Part shown: positions 26,570-37,000 of the stretch, piece by piece | Layout: every line of letters begins with the position of its first letter | Position numbering within the stretch: the first letter of the stretch is position 1 | Source of the DNA: a virus | DNA: 64,000 bases | Direction: 5' to 3' (one strand) | IMG/VR virus record: IMGVR_UViG_3300021399_000004 | Location: 105,339-169,338 of that record | Notes under the pieces: generated by a model | Databases searched by the model: none | What the model was told of the DNA's origin: nothing | What the model saw: the letters and a program-made list of their open reading frames with translations, nothing else | Translations under genes and position numbers: made by a program

Positions 26570-27184
26570 ATGGGTATGAACAGGTTTCCATTGACCACTA
26601 GCGACAGTTATTCTAGTGTATATCGTCATGGAGAAAAGTTATATGCTACTTTAGAGCTAAATCAGGTAGCTTTCCCTAAGACCGGCATGGTTGTTTCTCA
26701 GGTCCCTCTAGGCAGTGCCTTTACTGAGGCTGCTCCTTGTGAGAACGGAATGTGGGTCGTGGCTGATAAGGCCAAGGGCGTAATTGAGGCTCCCGCTGCT
26801 GTCGGCGATAAGCCTATTGGTATTGTTTACACTACTGAGAAGGAATATGATAATTATCATTATGGCCTTCAGACCTTTGGTCGCAAGATTGCTGGCGACT
26901 ACCCTCGTGTTGGTTTGCTTGGCGTAGGCGATACTGTAACCACAAATTGCTTACAGTATAACACCGATAATTTCGCTAACGACGCTGCTTTAGATACTTA
27001 TCTAAAGGGTGATCTAACTGCTGCTGCCACTGCTGCTTATGTAGTAATAAAGGCTGGTTCTGCAATTCCTGAAATTGTTAAGGCTCTACCGCAGAATTAT
27101 GCTGGCGCTTATGGCAGAGTTGTAAAATATTACACCGTGCCGAACGGTGCTCCTGGTGTAAAATACCAGATGATAAGAGTATAA
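26570..27184 (+). CDS. Hypothetical head protein (decoration/auxiliary?), TAG-free
   Basis: SD AAGGAGG then ATG. 204 aa. Immediately upstream of the major capsid gene. Confidence 0.55.
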   Translation: MGMNRFPLTTSDSYSSVYRHGEKLYATLELNQVAFPKTGMVVSQVPLGSAFTEAAPCENGMWVVADKAKGVIEAPAAVGDKPIGIVYTTEKEYDNYHYGLQTFGRKIAGDYPRVGLLGVGDTVTTNCLQYNTDNFANDAALDTYLKGDLTAAATAAYVVIKAGSAIPEIVKALPQNYAGAYGRVVKYYTVPNGAPGVKYQMIRV

Positions 27185-27199
27185 TAGGAGGTGCGAACT

Positions 27200-28267
27200 A
27201 TGGATAATTTAAGTATTTTAATGAATGGTGTATTCGGCCGCAAGGTTCCCGCAGAGTTCGCTGCCGCCGATTATGATTATGAAGCTGCTCTACATGATGA
27301 GCTAGTAAAGCTTCTATGCGATGATAAGGGCAAGTTTAATCGTTATAAGTTTGAGAAGAACAAGTATGACTTGTTTGCCCTATTGACTGAGAATCTAGAT
27401 GAGGTTCTCCCTCAGAGTCTAAGCTCTGCCTTAGATATGTTTACTGAGGTTATTCGTTTCCCTCAGGGTTCTCGTCCTGAGTTTGTTGTAAAGCGTGGTA
27501 AGCAACGCGGCAAGCAGTTTGTAACTCGTGCTACCGAGTCTGGTAACTATGAGACCTTCAGACTAGACCGCGATCGCTTTGATGTATATATTCAGGCTAT
27601 TGGCGGCGCTGGCTATGTAGACTTTGAGCGCTATCTAGATGGTCTAGAGAGTCTAACTGACATTTATGAAGTTATTACCGAGGGCATGGTTGACCGTATT
27701 TTCGAGATGGTTATGGAAGCTCTAATGAGCACTTGGAAGCTAGTTCCTACTGCTAACAAGATTGCCAGCAACCAGTTCGACCCAACCGCCATGGTAAAGC
27801 TTTGCAATGTTGTGGCTGCTTATGGTGTGCCTACTATCTATTGCTCTCCTCAGTTCGCTGCTGAGATGACCAATGCGATTGTATATAACAATACCACCAA
27901 GATTTCTGATCAGGATATGGTGGATGTGCGCGAGCGCGGCTACATTGGTAAGTTCCATGGCGTGAATGTAGTATTGCTACCTCAGTCCTTTAAGGATGAG
28001 ACCAATTCTGAGCTAGTGATGAACCCCGCTTTGGCTTTCGTTATCCCAAGCGGCCGCGAGAAGCTAGTTCGTCTTGCTTTCGAGGGCAATTCTTATTTCC
28101 GTGAGTGGGATGACCATGAGGGTGATAACTCTATTACTCTACAAGCTTACACTAAGGTTGGTGTTGGTATTGTTGGCACTCCTAATTATTGGGGTCTATA
28201 TTACAATAAGGCTCTAAATAATGCTGATACAGCATGGGGCACTTATAATACTACCAATTTAATTTAA
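27200..28267 (+). CDS. Major capsid protein (putative, HK97-fold class)
   Basis: ATG at 27200, 8 nt after TAGGAGG (the track uses GTG at 27191). 355 aa and TAG-free. A strong hairpin (28276..28302) follows. Supported by position in the head module. Confidence 0.7.
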   Translation: MDNLSILMNGVFGRKVPAEFAAADYDYEAALHDELVKLLCDDKGKFNRYKFEKNKYDLFALLTENLDEVLPQSLSSALDMFTEVIRFPQGSRPEFVVKRGKQRGKQFVTRATESGNYETFRLDRDRFDVYIQAIGGAGYVDFERYLDGLESLTDIYEVITEGMVDRIFEMVMEALMSTWKLVPTANKIASNQFDPTAMVKLCNVVAAYGVPTIYCSPQFAAEMTNAIVYNNTTKISDQDMVDVRERGYIGKFHGVNVVLLPQSFKDETNSELVMNPALAFVIPSGREKLVRLAFEGNSYFREWDDHEGDNSITLQAYTKVGVGIVGTPNYWGLYYNKALNNADTAWGTYNTTNLI

Positions 28268-28275
28268 TATAATAA

Positions 28276-28302
28276 GGGGATGGATGGCATCCATCCATCC
28301 CC
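28276..28302 (+). terminator. Strong hairpin after the major capsid gene
   Basis: GGGGATGGATGG-cat-CCATCCATCCCC then AATTTT. Probably a partial terminator or attenuator. Confidence 0.6.
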
Positions 28303-28331
28303 AATTTTGAGGTAAAAGGAGGATTATTATT

Positions 28332-28769
28332 ATGAAAGACATTAGCATTAAGAATGTTAGTACAGCAACAGTTGTAATAACATTGCCTGATTTGCACTTC
28401 CGCCGCGAATTAACTCCTGGCAGAAGCGCTACGATACCTGAAGAGATTTATAATGAACTACGATTTGATCCTGGCACCGCAGGACTATTAGATGATCATT
28501 ATTTAGTTATTAGCGGCATTGACGATGAAGGTGTAAAGATTACAACAGATGCAGTTGATAGCACCGAAATTAGTCGCATGTTTGATGAGCAAGATATAAC
28601 TGCTTTTGCTAAATTTATTCCTAACGCCGCTCAGGCTGAACGTGATACTGTAATTCGTCTTGCTATTGATAAGGGCGTAACTGCTCCTGCATTTGTAAGC
28701 CTTATTAAAAAGTATTGCGGTACAGATATTATTCAGGCAATTAATTTTAAGCATCTTGCTGAGGAGTAA
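28332..28769 (+). CDS. Hypothetical head-module protein (145 aa), TAG-free
   Basis: SD AAAGGAGG then ATG at 28332; TAA stop. Confidence 0.6.
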   Translation: MKDISIKNVSTATVVITLPDLHFRRELTPGRSATIPEEIYNELRFDPGTAGLLDDHYLVISGIDDEGVKITTDAVDSTEISRMFDEQDITAFAKFIPNAAQAERDTVIRLAIDKGVTAPAFVSLIKKYCGTDIIQAINFKHLAEE

Positions 28770-28771
28770 TA

Positions 28772-29272
28772 ATGGCTACTTCTTTTTTGAAAGTGTATGA
28801 TGCCTTTTTGGCTCGTATTACTGCTGATGAATGGACATTGGAAGAAGAGTTAGCCATTGTTGAGCGGGATTGGCAAGAGCTTTTGAAAATGGCCATCTTC
28901 AGATTTAAATATCCAAGGGTTGGGCTTGAAGTAGAAGAAGTAACAGTTGATGATAATAATCCGCCAACCTTGGCTTCTGAGACAATTAGTGCCTATGAAT
29001 TTGTAAATGATTTAACAAATGATGAAATTTAGCTCTTAGCTTTATATATGAAACATGAATGGGTAAAACGTTGTATTGCTAGTTGGGAAAATATTAGATA
29101 GCTTTATGCTGATAAAGATTTTAGCCAGGCAAATCATTTAGCAAAGCTAAACGATTTGCAAGAGGCTGTCGCTTTAGAAGTGCATAAGGCAGAAGGAATA
29201 TATGATCGTTCACGAGAAAAGCGTCCAGCAAATTTGTTTAAAAAGTTGGCAGGTAAGAAGAATGTCGTATGA
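28772..29272 (+). CDS. Head-tail connector/adaptor candidate
   Basis: ATG at 28772. Frame 2 continues through TAG at 29030 and 29099 to TGA at 29270. Function inferred from position only. Confidence 0.45.
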
Positions 29273-29537
29273 TGTCACTTTTGATGGATATAAGAATAAA
29301 TTAAAAGGACGTTTATATGGATTACTCTGTGAAAAAGAAAAAGACGGAGAATGGGAAAAATTCTTAGATGCAATTATTATTGAAATAATGGGCATGAAAG
29401 GTGACTCTATTAATTGGTGGCCTTTAATAGGAAAATTACATTCTCTACGTTTCTTATCATATGAGTATTTTAGAAAGACAATTTTTGAATGTATGAATTT
29501 AATTGGTGGACTAGAGGTGCCAAATGAGTTATCTTAA
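29262..29537 (+). CDS. Hypothetical neck/tail-module protein
   Basis: ATG at 29262; the alternative ATG at 29202 used by the track has a 3-nt SD spacing. TAA at 29535. TAG-free. Confidence 0.45.
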   Translation: MSYDVTFDGYKNKLKGRLYGLLCEKEKDGEWEKFLDAIIIEIMGMKGDSINWWPLIGKLHSLRFLSYEYFRKTIFECMNLIGGLEVPNELS

Positions 29538-30786
29538 TAATGTATATTATTAGAGATTGAATCATATGGGTGAAACAACTGGCGAGCGCATCCGTAGCGG
29601 AGGAATTAGATCTTTTGAAAAATGGATGGCTGAATCGCCTCATACTGTTCAAAATTTATCTGTTGAACGAGGCATATATTTTCCTGGACTAATCCTAACT
29701 AGTAAAGATAAAGAATACGAAAAAATCATGTTTTTAAATGTAAGCAATAATATCCCAATAAAAGTAGGAGATATTATGACTTGGCCATTAGAAGATGGTA
29801 CAAATGAAAAATGGTTATTAATTCAAGAAGAAAAAAAGGTAAATGGGACTTACAGAACATTTTGGATAATTCGTTGTAATTATTTTATTAAATGGATTGA
29901 TGGACTAGGGCATATATAGAAATCATGGGCATATGCAGTAAGTTCAGTGGATTCTAAGGTAAAAGGTAATTTTAGAACGTGGAATAATTTAATAACTCCA
30001 CAACCAAATAAATATATGGAGATTATTTTACCACGATATAATATTAATAGATCTACAAACTTCCTTATAGAAGATGAATCTTGGCTATTAGTAGAGTACG
30101 ATTATACCAGCGTTCCTGGAGTAATATATTTATCATTAACTGAAAATAAAGTTAATACTGAATATGATAAACCAGATATAGATTTGGCTGACACAGATAA
30201 ATTAGCTGTTTATAAATTAGCCGTGCCTGCCGAGCATGAAACATTTAAGGTAAATGAACCAATCATTCCTACTTGTACATTGCTCAAATCTGGGCAATTA
30301 ATAAATCTAGAATTGACTTATACCTCTACTGATACTAAAAAGGCAAAAGTGATTGATGGCGTTTTAACAGCTATCGCGCCAGGAGAAGTTACTTTAATAG
30401 TATCTACAAAAGAATTTCCTCACATTCAGCAAGAATGTGTTATTGAAATAATTAATAATGATGAATTTGTAGAATCTGCTTATATTGAAGGCCCAGACTG
30501 GATTCGTCTTGGAAGGGTCGCAGAATATAAATTAATAATTACACCTGAACCAAATGAACCTACAATTGTTTTCTCTATAGATCCATTGGTTGAATAGAAA
30601 TAGAATTATGATGGAGAAAAGGTGCATTATTTCTCAATCAATAATTTAATTAGTGGCGAATAGACTAAGAATAATTTATATGTAGTAACAGCAAACGAAA
30701 CAAATACATTAGGAAGTTGTAAACTTTTAGCAACATATAACGGACATACTTATGAAAAAGAAATAACAATTAAACCATTATGGTGA
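29524..30786 (+). CDS. Structural protein with bacterial Ig-like (Big_2-type) domain
   Basis: ATG at 29524 after GAGGTG. Frame 1 continues through TAG at 29551, 29917, 30595, 30601 and 30661 to TGA at 30784. KAKVIDGVLTAIAPGEVTLIVS is Big_2-like. Confidence 0.55.
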
Positions 30787-30797
30787 GGTGATTTTAA

Positions 30798-31307
30798 ATG
30801 GGAACGAATAAAGAGCCAACTTAGCGGCATTTCTCGGTTATGGGAGAAAATACATTTAAAATTGCCAATAAAATTCTAGAAGATCAAACTATTTGTAGAT
30901 TATTAAAATATCAAGTAAGAGATCCTCTGGATAAAAATAAGTATGCTGAGGTTGATGGAACTGATTTAATTAATAAACAAATTTTAATCGTGCCTAAAAT
31001 ATATGATGACAGTATTGAAAAGATGTCATATTTAGTTATTATTTTTAACGATTATGTTGTAAATTAGTTAAACCCAGAGTTTAAAACTTCTACTATTAGA
31101 TTCGATATTGCTTGTCCGTATGATGAATGGTTACTGGATGCATAGACTTTACGCCCGTATTTAATAATGCAACGAATTGATGATTTATTCAATGAAAGTA
31201 AGTTGGCTGGAATTGGAACTTTACAATTTTGGCGGGCTGACCCATTGGTTCTATCTCCGCAAATTGGCGGTTACTCTATGAGGTATAGAATAGATGAATT
31301 TAACTGA
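30798..31307 (+). CDS. Hypothetical tail-module protein
   Basis: ATG at 30798 after GAGGTG. Frame 3 continues through TAG at 30822, 31065 and 31143 to TGA at 31305. Confidence 0.5.
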
Positions 31308-32067
31308 TGACGATACCTTACGATTTTAGTTTGGTATACCAGTCTTTCTTGAAGATGTATGTGCTATTTACCCGGCAACATTAAGAGAGATCGCAGAAGT
31401 TGGTTATAGCAATTTCCAAAAGTATCTTGGATTATTAACTATGGAAAAACCTGCTAAATTTGATAACATGGATAAAGAACTCGGACAAATGTTTCGTGAT
31501 ATGACAGATTTTTAGTATTTTTTAAGTTTAACACTCTTAGATCCTACTTTAATCTCTACTATTTAGCAAGCTTTTAAATTTTTTATCCATGAAGATATAA
31601 TTTTTTTAATGGAGCCGCCGCAAATTATGGTTGGCCCCAAAGAAGAAAAACACATAATTGATGAACATAATTTCTATGATTTTTAGAGAATTTTAAAGCG
31701 GATGTATTTCATAGAGCAAGATGGCGAAGAAATTATTATTGAGGAGAGCGATGATCCAAAAGTGCGGCAATTAAAAATGAAAATGAAGGAGAATCGTGAA
31801 AAAGTTAGGCGCGCCAAAGCTAATAAAGCAGCTCGTGAAAAAAGTGATTTAAAATTTTCTGATTTGATTGGAAGTGTGACTTTAAACAACTGTAATCTAA
31901 ATATGAAAAATATTTAGGATATTACTTATTATGCTTTTCATGATTAGCTTAAGCGCATGGGTTGGCGTGATGCATTTAATATTAATCATTAGGCTGCTTT
32001 AGCCGGGGCTAAGATGAAAAAAGATGAATTAAAACATTGGATACGAACTATATCTAATGATAAATAA
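31294..32067 (+). CDS. Hypothetical tail-module protein
   Basis: ATG at 31294. Frame 1 was read by hand and has only TAG interruptions, including 31915, 31945 and 31990. TAA at 32065. Confidence 0.5.
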
Positions 32068-32083
32068 AAAGGGGGTAACTCTT

Positions 32084-33067
32084 ATGGCTGTAAATATTTT
32101 TGATAAATATGGTATAAAAGAGGTTGCCAATGTATATTTTGAGGCTCTAGACGATGATGAAGCCGCTGGTGTATACAAGGGCGATATCGTACTATTCTTG
32201 GATACTCTAAAAGTTTCTACCATAGAGACTACTGCTGAAAATACCGCGGCACAAGGTGGCTGGGGCAATCCTAAATTAATTCAGTGGGACTATGGCAAGG
32301 AAATCAATATTACTCTAGAGGACGCTTTAATGTCTCTAGAATCTTTACGTTTCATGCTTGGTGGCGCCATTAAGCGCCCTGGCGCTGACAGCAATAAAAT
32401 TTATGTACGGCATACTGAGGAAGTCGTATGTGGCTCTAATGGTGAAGTACGTCTCCCTGAAGACCACTTAACGGGTCAAATTCTTCATCCAGTAGCAACT
32501 TATGAACATCCTATTCGTCTTATTAACCTAACTACTGGTGCTCGTACTCAATTAGTAGCGGAGTCTAAGGGAGCGACTATTGCTTTAACTGGAGAAAAAC
32601 CAATTACATTTAAAAATCCTTCTATGATTAGTGGTAAAGACCATGAGCAAGTTACCGCTGCTAATGACCACATTCGTATTTTCTGGGAGGAAGAGATTTC
32701 TACGGAAGCAGGGAAAGAACTTGGAAGCAACAGCGGAGTTGTAGAAAATGCAGTCGAAGTTACTATTTCTCCTAGTACTTTCCCAGGCACTTATCGTGTA
32801 ATTGGTGATACATTCATACGTTCTGAAAAGACTGGTAAGAATGAAGCATTCCAGTTTATTATTAATAAAGCTAAGGTAGCTTCTGAGGTTACTCTAACTC
32901 TAGAAGCTGAAGGCGATCCTACCACTTTTGAGATGACTCTAAATGTATTACGCTCTACTAATGATGCTGGTAAGGACGAGATGATGAAGCTTGTTCGTTA
33001 TACTATTACAAAGGCGAGCAGCGGAATCGCTGATAATGACTATGGTTCCATACCTGGTGGATCTTAA
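32084..33067 (+). CDS. Major tail (tube) protein, putative; TAG-free
   Basis: ATG at 32084 after AAAGGGGG. 327 aa. Terminator 33083..33114 follows. Lies upstream of the tape measure gene. Paralogous to 33127..34038. Confidence 0.55.
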   Translation: MAVNIFDKYGIKEVANVYFEALDDDEAAGVYKGDIVLFLDTLKVSTIETTAENTAAQGGWGNPKLIQWDYGKEINITLEDALMSLESLRFMLGGAIKRPGADSNKIYVRHTEEVVCGSNGEVRLPEDHLTGQILHPVATYEHPIRLINLTTGARTQLVAESKGATIALTGEKPITFKNPSMISGKDHEQVTAANDHIRIFWEEEISTEAGKELGSNSGVVENAVEVTISPSTFPGTYRVIGDTFIRSEKTGKNEAFQFIINKAKVASEVTLTLEAEGDPTTFEMTLNVLRSTNDAGKDEMMKLVRYTITKASSGIADNDYGSIPGGS

Positions 33068-33082
33068 TTTAATAATTTTAAT

Positions 33083-33114
33083 GAGGGCATATGAAAATAT
33101 GCCCTCTTTTTTTT
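33083..33114 (+). terminator. Intrinsic terminator after the tail tube gene
   Basis: GAGGGCATAT-gaaa-ATATGCCCTC followed by T8. Confidence 0.75.
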
Positions 33115-33126
33115 ATAGGTGATTTT

Positions 33127-34038
33127 ATGATTGATCAATATTTTGGTATAAAAGAATTATCAGAAGTTACCTTACGTGCACAAAGTCAAATGCAATTTGG
33201 CTAGCGTGTATTGGAGATTGGTGAGCCAGTTTTATATTTTGAAAATGTAAGTATGGCAGTTTTAAATGAAGGAAACCGTCCGATAATGGCTCGTGGTGGC
33301 TGGGCAAATATGCCACATGTAATTTGGGATAGTAGATCAGAAGTAACCTTCACTCTTTCTGAAGGCGTCATGTCTTCAGTTGGTATGGGTATATTACTTG
33401 GTACTAATATATTAACTGAGAAAGAGGAAGAAGAAGTTTTAATTAACAAGAGAATTGGGCCGCAAGAAGCAGAAGAATGCCCATGGAATAACCTTTAGTT
33501 AAATAATAATGAACCTTATCCAGTTGGTTTTATTATCCCAGAAATTCCAATTCCATATCCAAAGAAAAAAACATTCATATTTGAATATACAAGAGATACA
33601 ATTTAGAAAAAGGTATACGGTAAAATTTTTACACGTAATACTGATTTTGGACCACAATATTTTCTTGGTATTTATGAAGATAAAAACTGTAGTGTTCCGG
33701 TGAAAGAAGGCACAACTTATTTGGTAGACTACTACTATAAATATGAGGACAAAGCGCTAACTTATAGTTTACAGAAAGAGCGCTTTAATGGATTATTTTC
33801 TTTAGAAGGAAAATTCTATTCTAAAGATGAGAATGAGGGTAAAAATTATACAAATATAATTTATATGCCTCGTGTACGAGTTGTAAGTGATATAAATTTA
33901 CACTTGGGAGAAAGGGCGAATCCTACAGTTGGAGTATTTAATATTATTGGTCTACCTGAAACTACTGCAACTGGAAAAAATGGATTAATTGTAGATATAA
34001 GACGTTTGAACACAGACGTTGATGAAGAAATAATTTAA
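33127..34038 (+). CDS. Tail tube paralog / tail protein
   Basis: ATG at 33127. Frame 1 continues through TAG at 33202, 33496 and 33604 to TAA at 34036. Shares GIKE..G(D/E).VL(F/Y)...GGW.N....WD...E...TL with 32084..33067. Confidence 0.5.
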
Positions 34039-34068
34039 GGCCGCTCCTAATTGGAGCGGCCTATTTTT
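34039..34068 (+). terminator. Hairpin plus T-run between the tube paralog and the tape measure gene
   Basis: GGCCGCTCC-taatt-GGAGCGGCC then TATTTTT. Confidence 0.65.
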
Positions 34069-34095
34069 GTTTATGCGGAAAAGGAGATGAGGGGT

Positions 34096-37000
34096 ATGGC
34101 GGATACAGTTGTATCAGTTGGTGTTAAATTTGAAGCTTTGTAGAGTTCGATTAATAATTTGAAATCTATATTGGCAAATTTAGAGCCGAAAAGTGGAGGA
34201 TATAAAAATTTTTCTAAGGTAATAAATGGAATTATCAGTGATTTTTAGTCATTACAGGTAGCGATGAGCAAGCCCTTTATAGATTAGAAGCAATTTGATA
34301 ATGTTGATCGTCGTATAGACTTATTAACTGATAAAGTTAATGGTCTGTAGTTAAAGGCGACAGATTTAAATTTTAAAGATTTAAAGCTGAATGATTCTGA
34401 ATTAGCGAAATATAAAGAATTGGCTGCCGCCATTGATGGCGCAAAAACTGCTATTAAAGATTTAAAAGATGAAGAACAAAAAGCTTTTAGGCGCAATAAT
34501 GCGAGTTCATTGGAAAAATTCTTGCCTAATGCAGAGAATATGTCTTTAGACAAAATTATTAGTTAGTTAACTAAAGACGAGCAGACTATAGGGAAAAAAG
34601 TTAAATCAATGAATGAATAGCTTGCTACCATAGGCCAAAATTAGAATAAGCGTAGTTTAGCTGAAACATTGTCTACTGAGTCTTTAAAGACAGCTATGGG
34701 AGACTTATATAAAACAGTTGGTACGTAGACAGAGTAGGCTTATGTTAGAGGTGGCAGAGATAATCTTGTAAAATTTTTATCTGAATAGTTTGGATTAAGT
34801 GGCCCCGAATGGGATGACTTAATAGCAAAAATTAATGATAAGAAAAACTCAATAAAAGTTATTTAGAAAGAGATTAATAGCTTTTTTACAAATTTTACTT
34901 CTAATCAAAAAAATAGTCAGTTTGAAGCCTGGGGAAATGCAATTAATAGGACTCTCGCTAAATTTGATGATGGCAGTATTACTAACGTTGAAGATGCAAA
35001 AAAGAGACTATTAGAATTACAATCAACATTAACTGAACTATAGAATTTAAAAGCTAACGCAGCTTCTACTAGAACAAGGGTAGAAGGTATCGGAAAAGAA
35101 GGTACTGTCGAAAAAAGTGCTGTGGACAGCGCGACTGCTGCATTAGAAAAATATTATCAAGAGTTAGTTAAAATTCGTTAGGGACATATTCAAACTAATA
35201 CTACTCAACTTACGAGTCAATTATAGCAGTTAAAAGATGCTGCTGCGAACGCGAATGTTGAATTTTTAAAATTAGAGCGGACTAATCGTACATTAAGTTC
35301 TATGAAAATGACTGTCTCTAACTTTTTAGGGTTTACATAGGTTTTAAATTTAGTCAGACGGGCAGTCAGAGAAGCAGCTAATCATATTAAAGAATTAGAT
35401 AATGTTATGAATAGCATAGCTATTGTTACAAATATGACTACTGCTGACTTATGGGCTTAGGTAGATGTCTATACATAGATTGCACAAAAATTTGGTGTAA
35501 CGATTTAGGGTGCATATGAAGTTTCTAAAATTTATTATCAGCAAGGTCTATAGACAAATGATGTTTTAAATTTAACTAATGAAACATTAAAGTTGGCAAA
35601 AATTTCTGGTTTAGATTATGCAACAACAACAGACTATATGACCACAGCTCTTCGTGGTTTTAAAATGGAAATGTCTGATGCCGCGCATGTAGTTGATGTA
35701 TATAGTAACTTGGCTTCACATACTGCTGTTAACCAGCAAGAGCTTGCAGAAGCAATGACAAGAACAGCTTCTTCTCTTGAATCAGTTGGAACAAGTTTTG
35801 AAGAAGCCTCTTCTATGATTGCTACGATTGTAGCTGTTACTCGTGAAACTGCAAATAATATTGGTAGTGCTCTAAAATCAATTGCATCACGTTATGGTGA
35901 ATTAACTAAAGACCCAATGAAGTTAATTGATGAAGAGGGCGAAGCTGTAAGCTTCAATAAAGTAGATGAAGCTTTACAATCTGTAGGCATTTCATTGTAG
36001 GATTCTGACCATTAGTTTAGAAAGTTCACTGACGTTGTTAGAGAATTGGCGAAAGCTTGGGATACTCTAGATTCAACTCAACAGCGTTATATCGCAACAC
36101 AATTTGCAGGAAATAGACAGCAATCTCGTTTCTTAGCCTTAGTTAGCAACTCAGAATTATTTGAAGAGAACCTAGAATATGCAAATGCAAGTGAAAATGT
36201 TGGTACATTATAGGCTATTGAGAGCTTAGATACAGTTAGCGCTAAATTAAATCAGGTTTAGGTTGCGTATCAACAATTTTATACTACTATTGGCGCAGAA
36301 TCAGCTTGGAAAACTGTGCTAGATAATGTAACTTCTATTATTAATACTTTAAATTCTCTACCTAAAGTATTTGGGAAAATACCTACTGGAGCAATTGTAG
36401 TTATTTATGATATTATTACATTAGTTAAATCTATTGCATTAAGAGGCTTAACTAATATCACAAAAATAATGGTTGATACAATTACTCAGACGGCATTAGC
36501 GGCTAAAGAGAAGGCAGCCTAGACTGGCGGAAGCGCGGCAGATGAGGCGACACGTGAGGTAAATGCTCGTTCTTCAGCTATGGAAGCGGCCGGTCAGACT
36601 TTCTGGGGTAAATTTTTCCATCCTCTTTCAGAAATGAAAAATAGAATGAAAGCTGAATGGAATGACATACAAACATTCGGAAAAGAATATAATAATGCAA
36701 AGAACTAGTCCCCAGTAACTGAAAATAAAAAAGAGGAAGAAAGGGCTCAGGGAGAGTCTGCAAATGCTGCAGAGAATGCAAATGAACGTGTTGCAAAAGC
36801 GGAGCAAGACGCTGGAACAGCAGTAGCAGAAACTAATAAAACGATAGAAACGTAGAGTGAGGTTCTTTCTTCTGTTGGCTCAGCCGCTGAGACAACTACT
36901 CAATAGGTAATAAAAGGTGAACAAGAAAAACAAGAAGCGATTCAAAAAACTGCTGAGGTTGCTCAATAGTCTAATCCTAATGGAAATACAGCTTACAATC

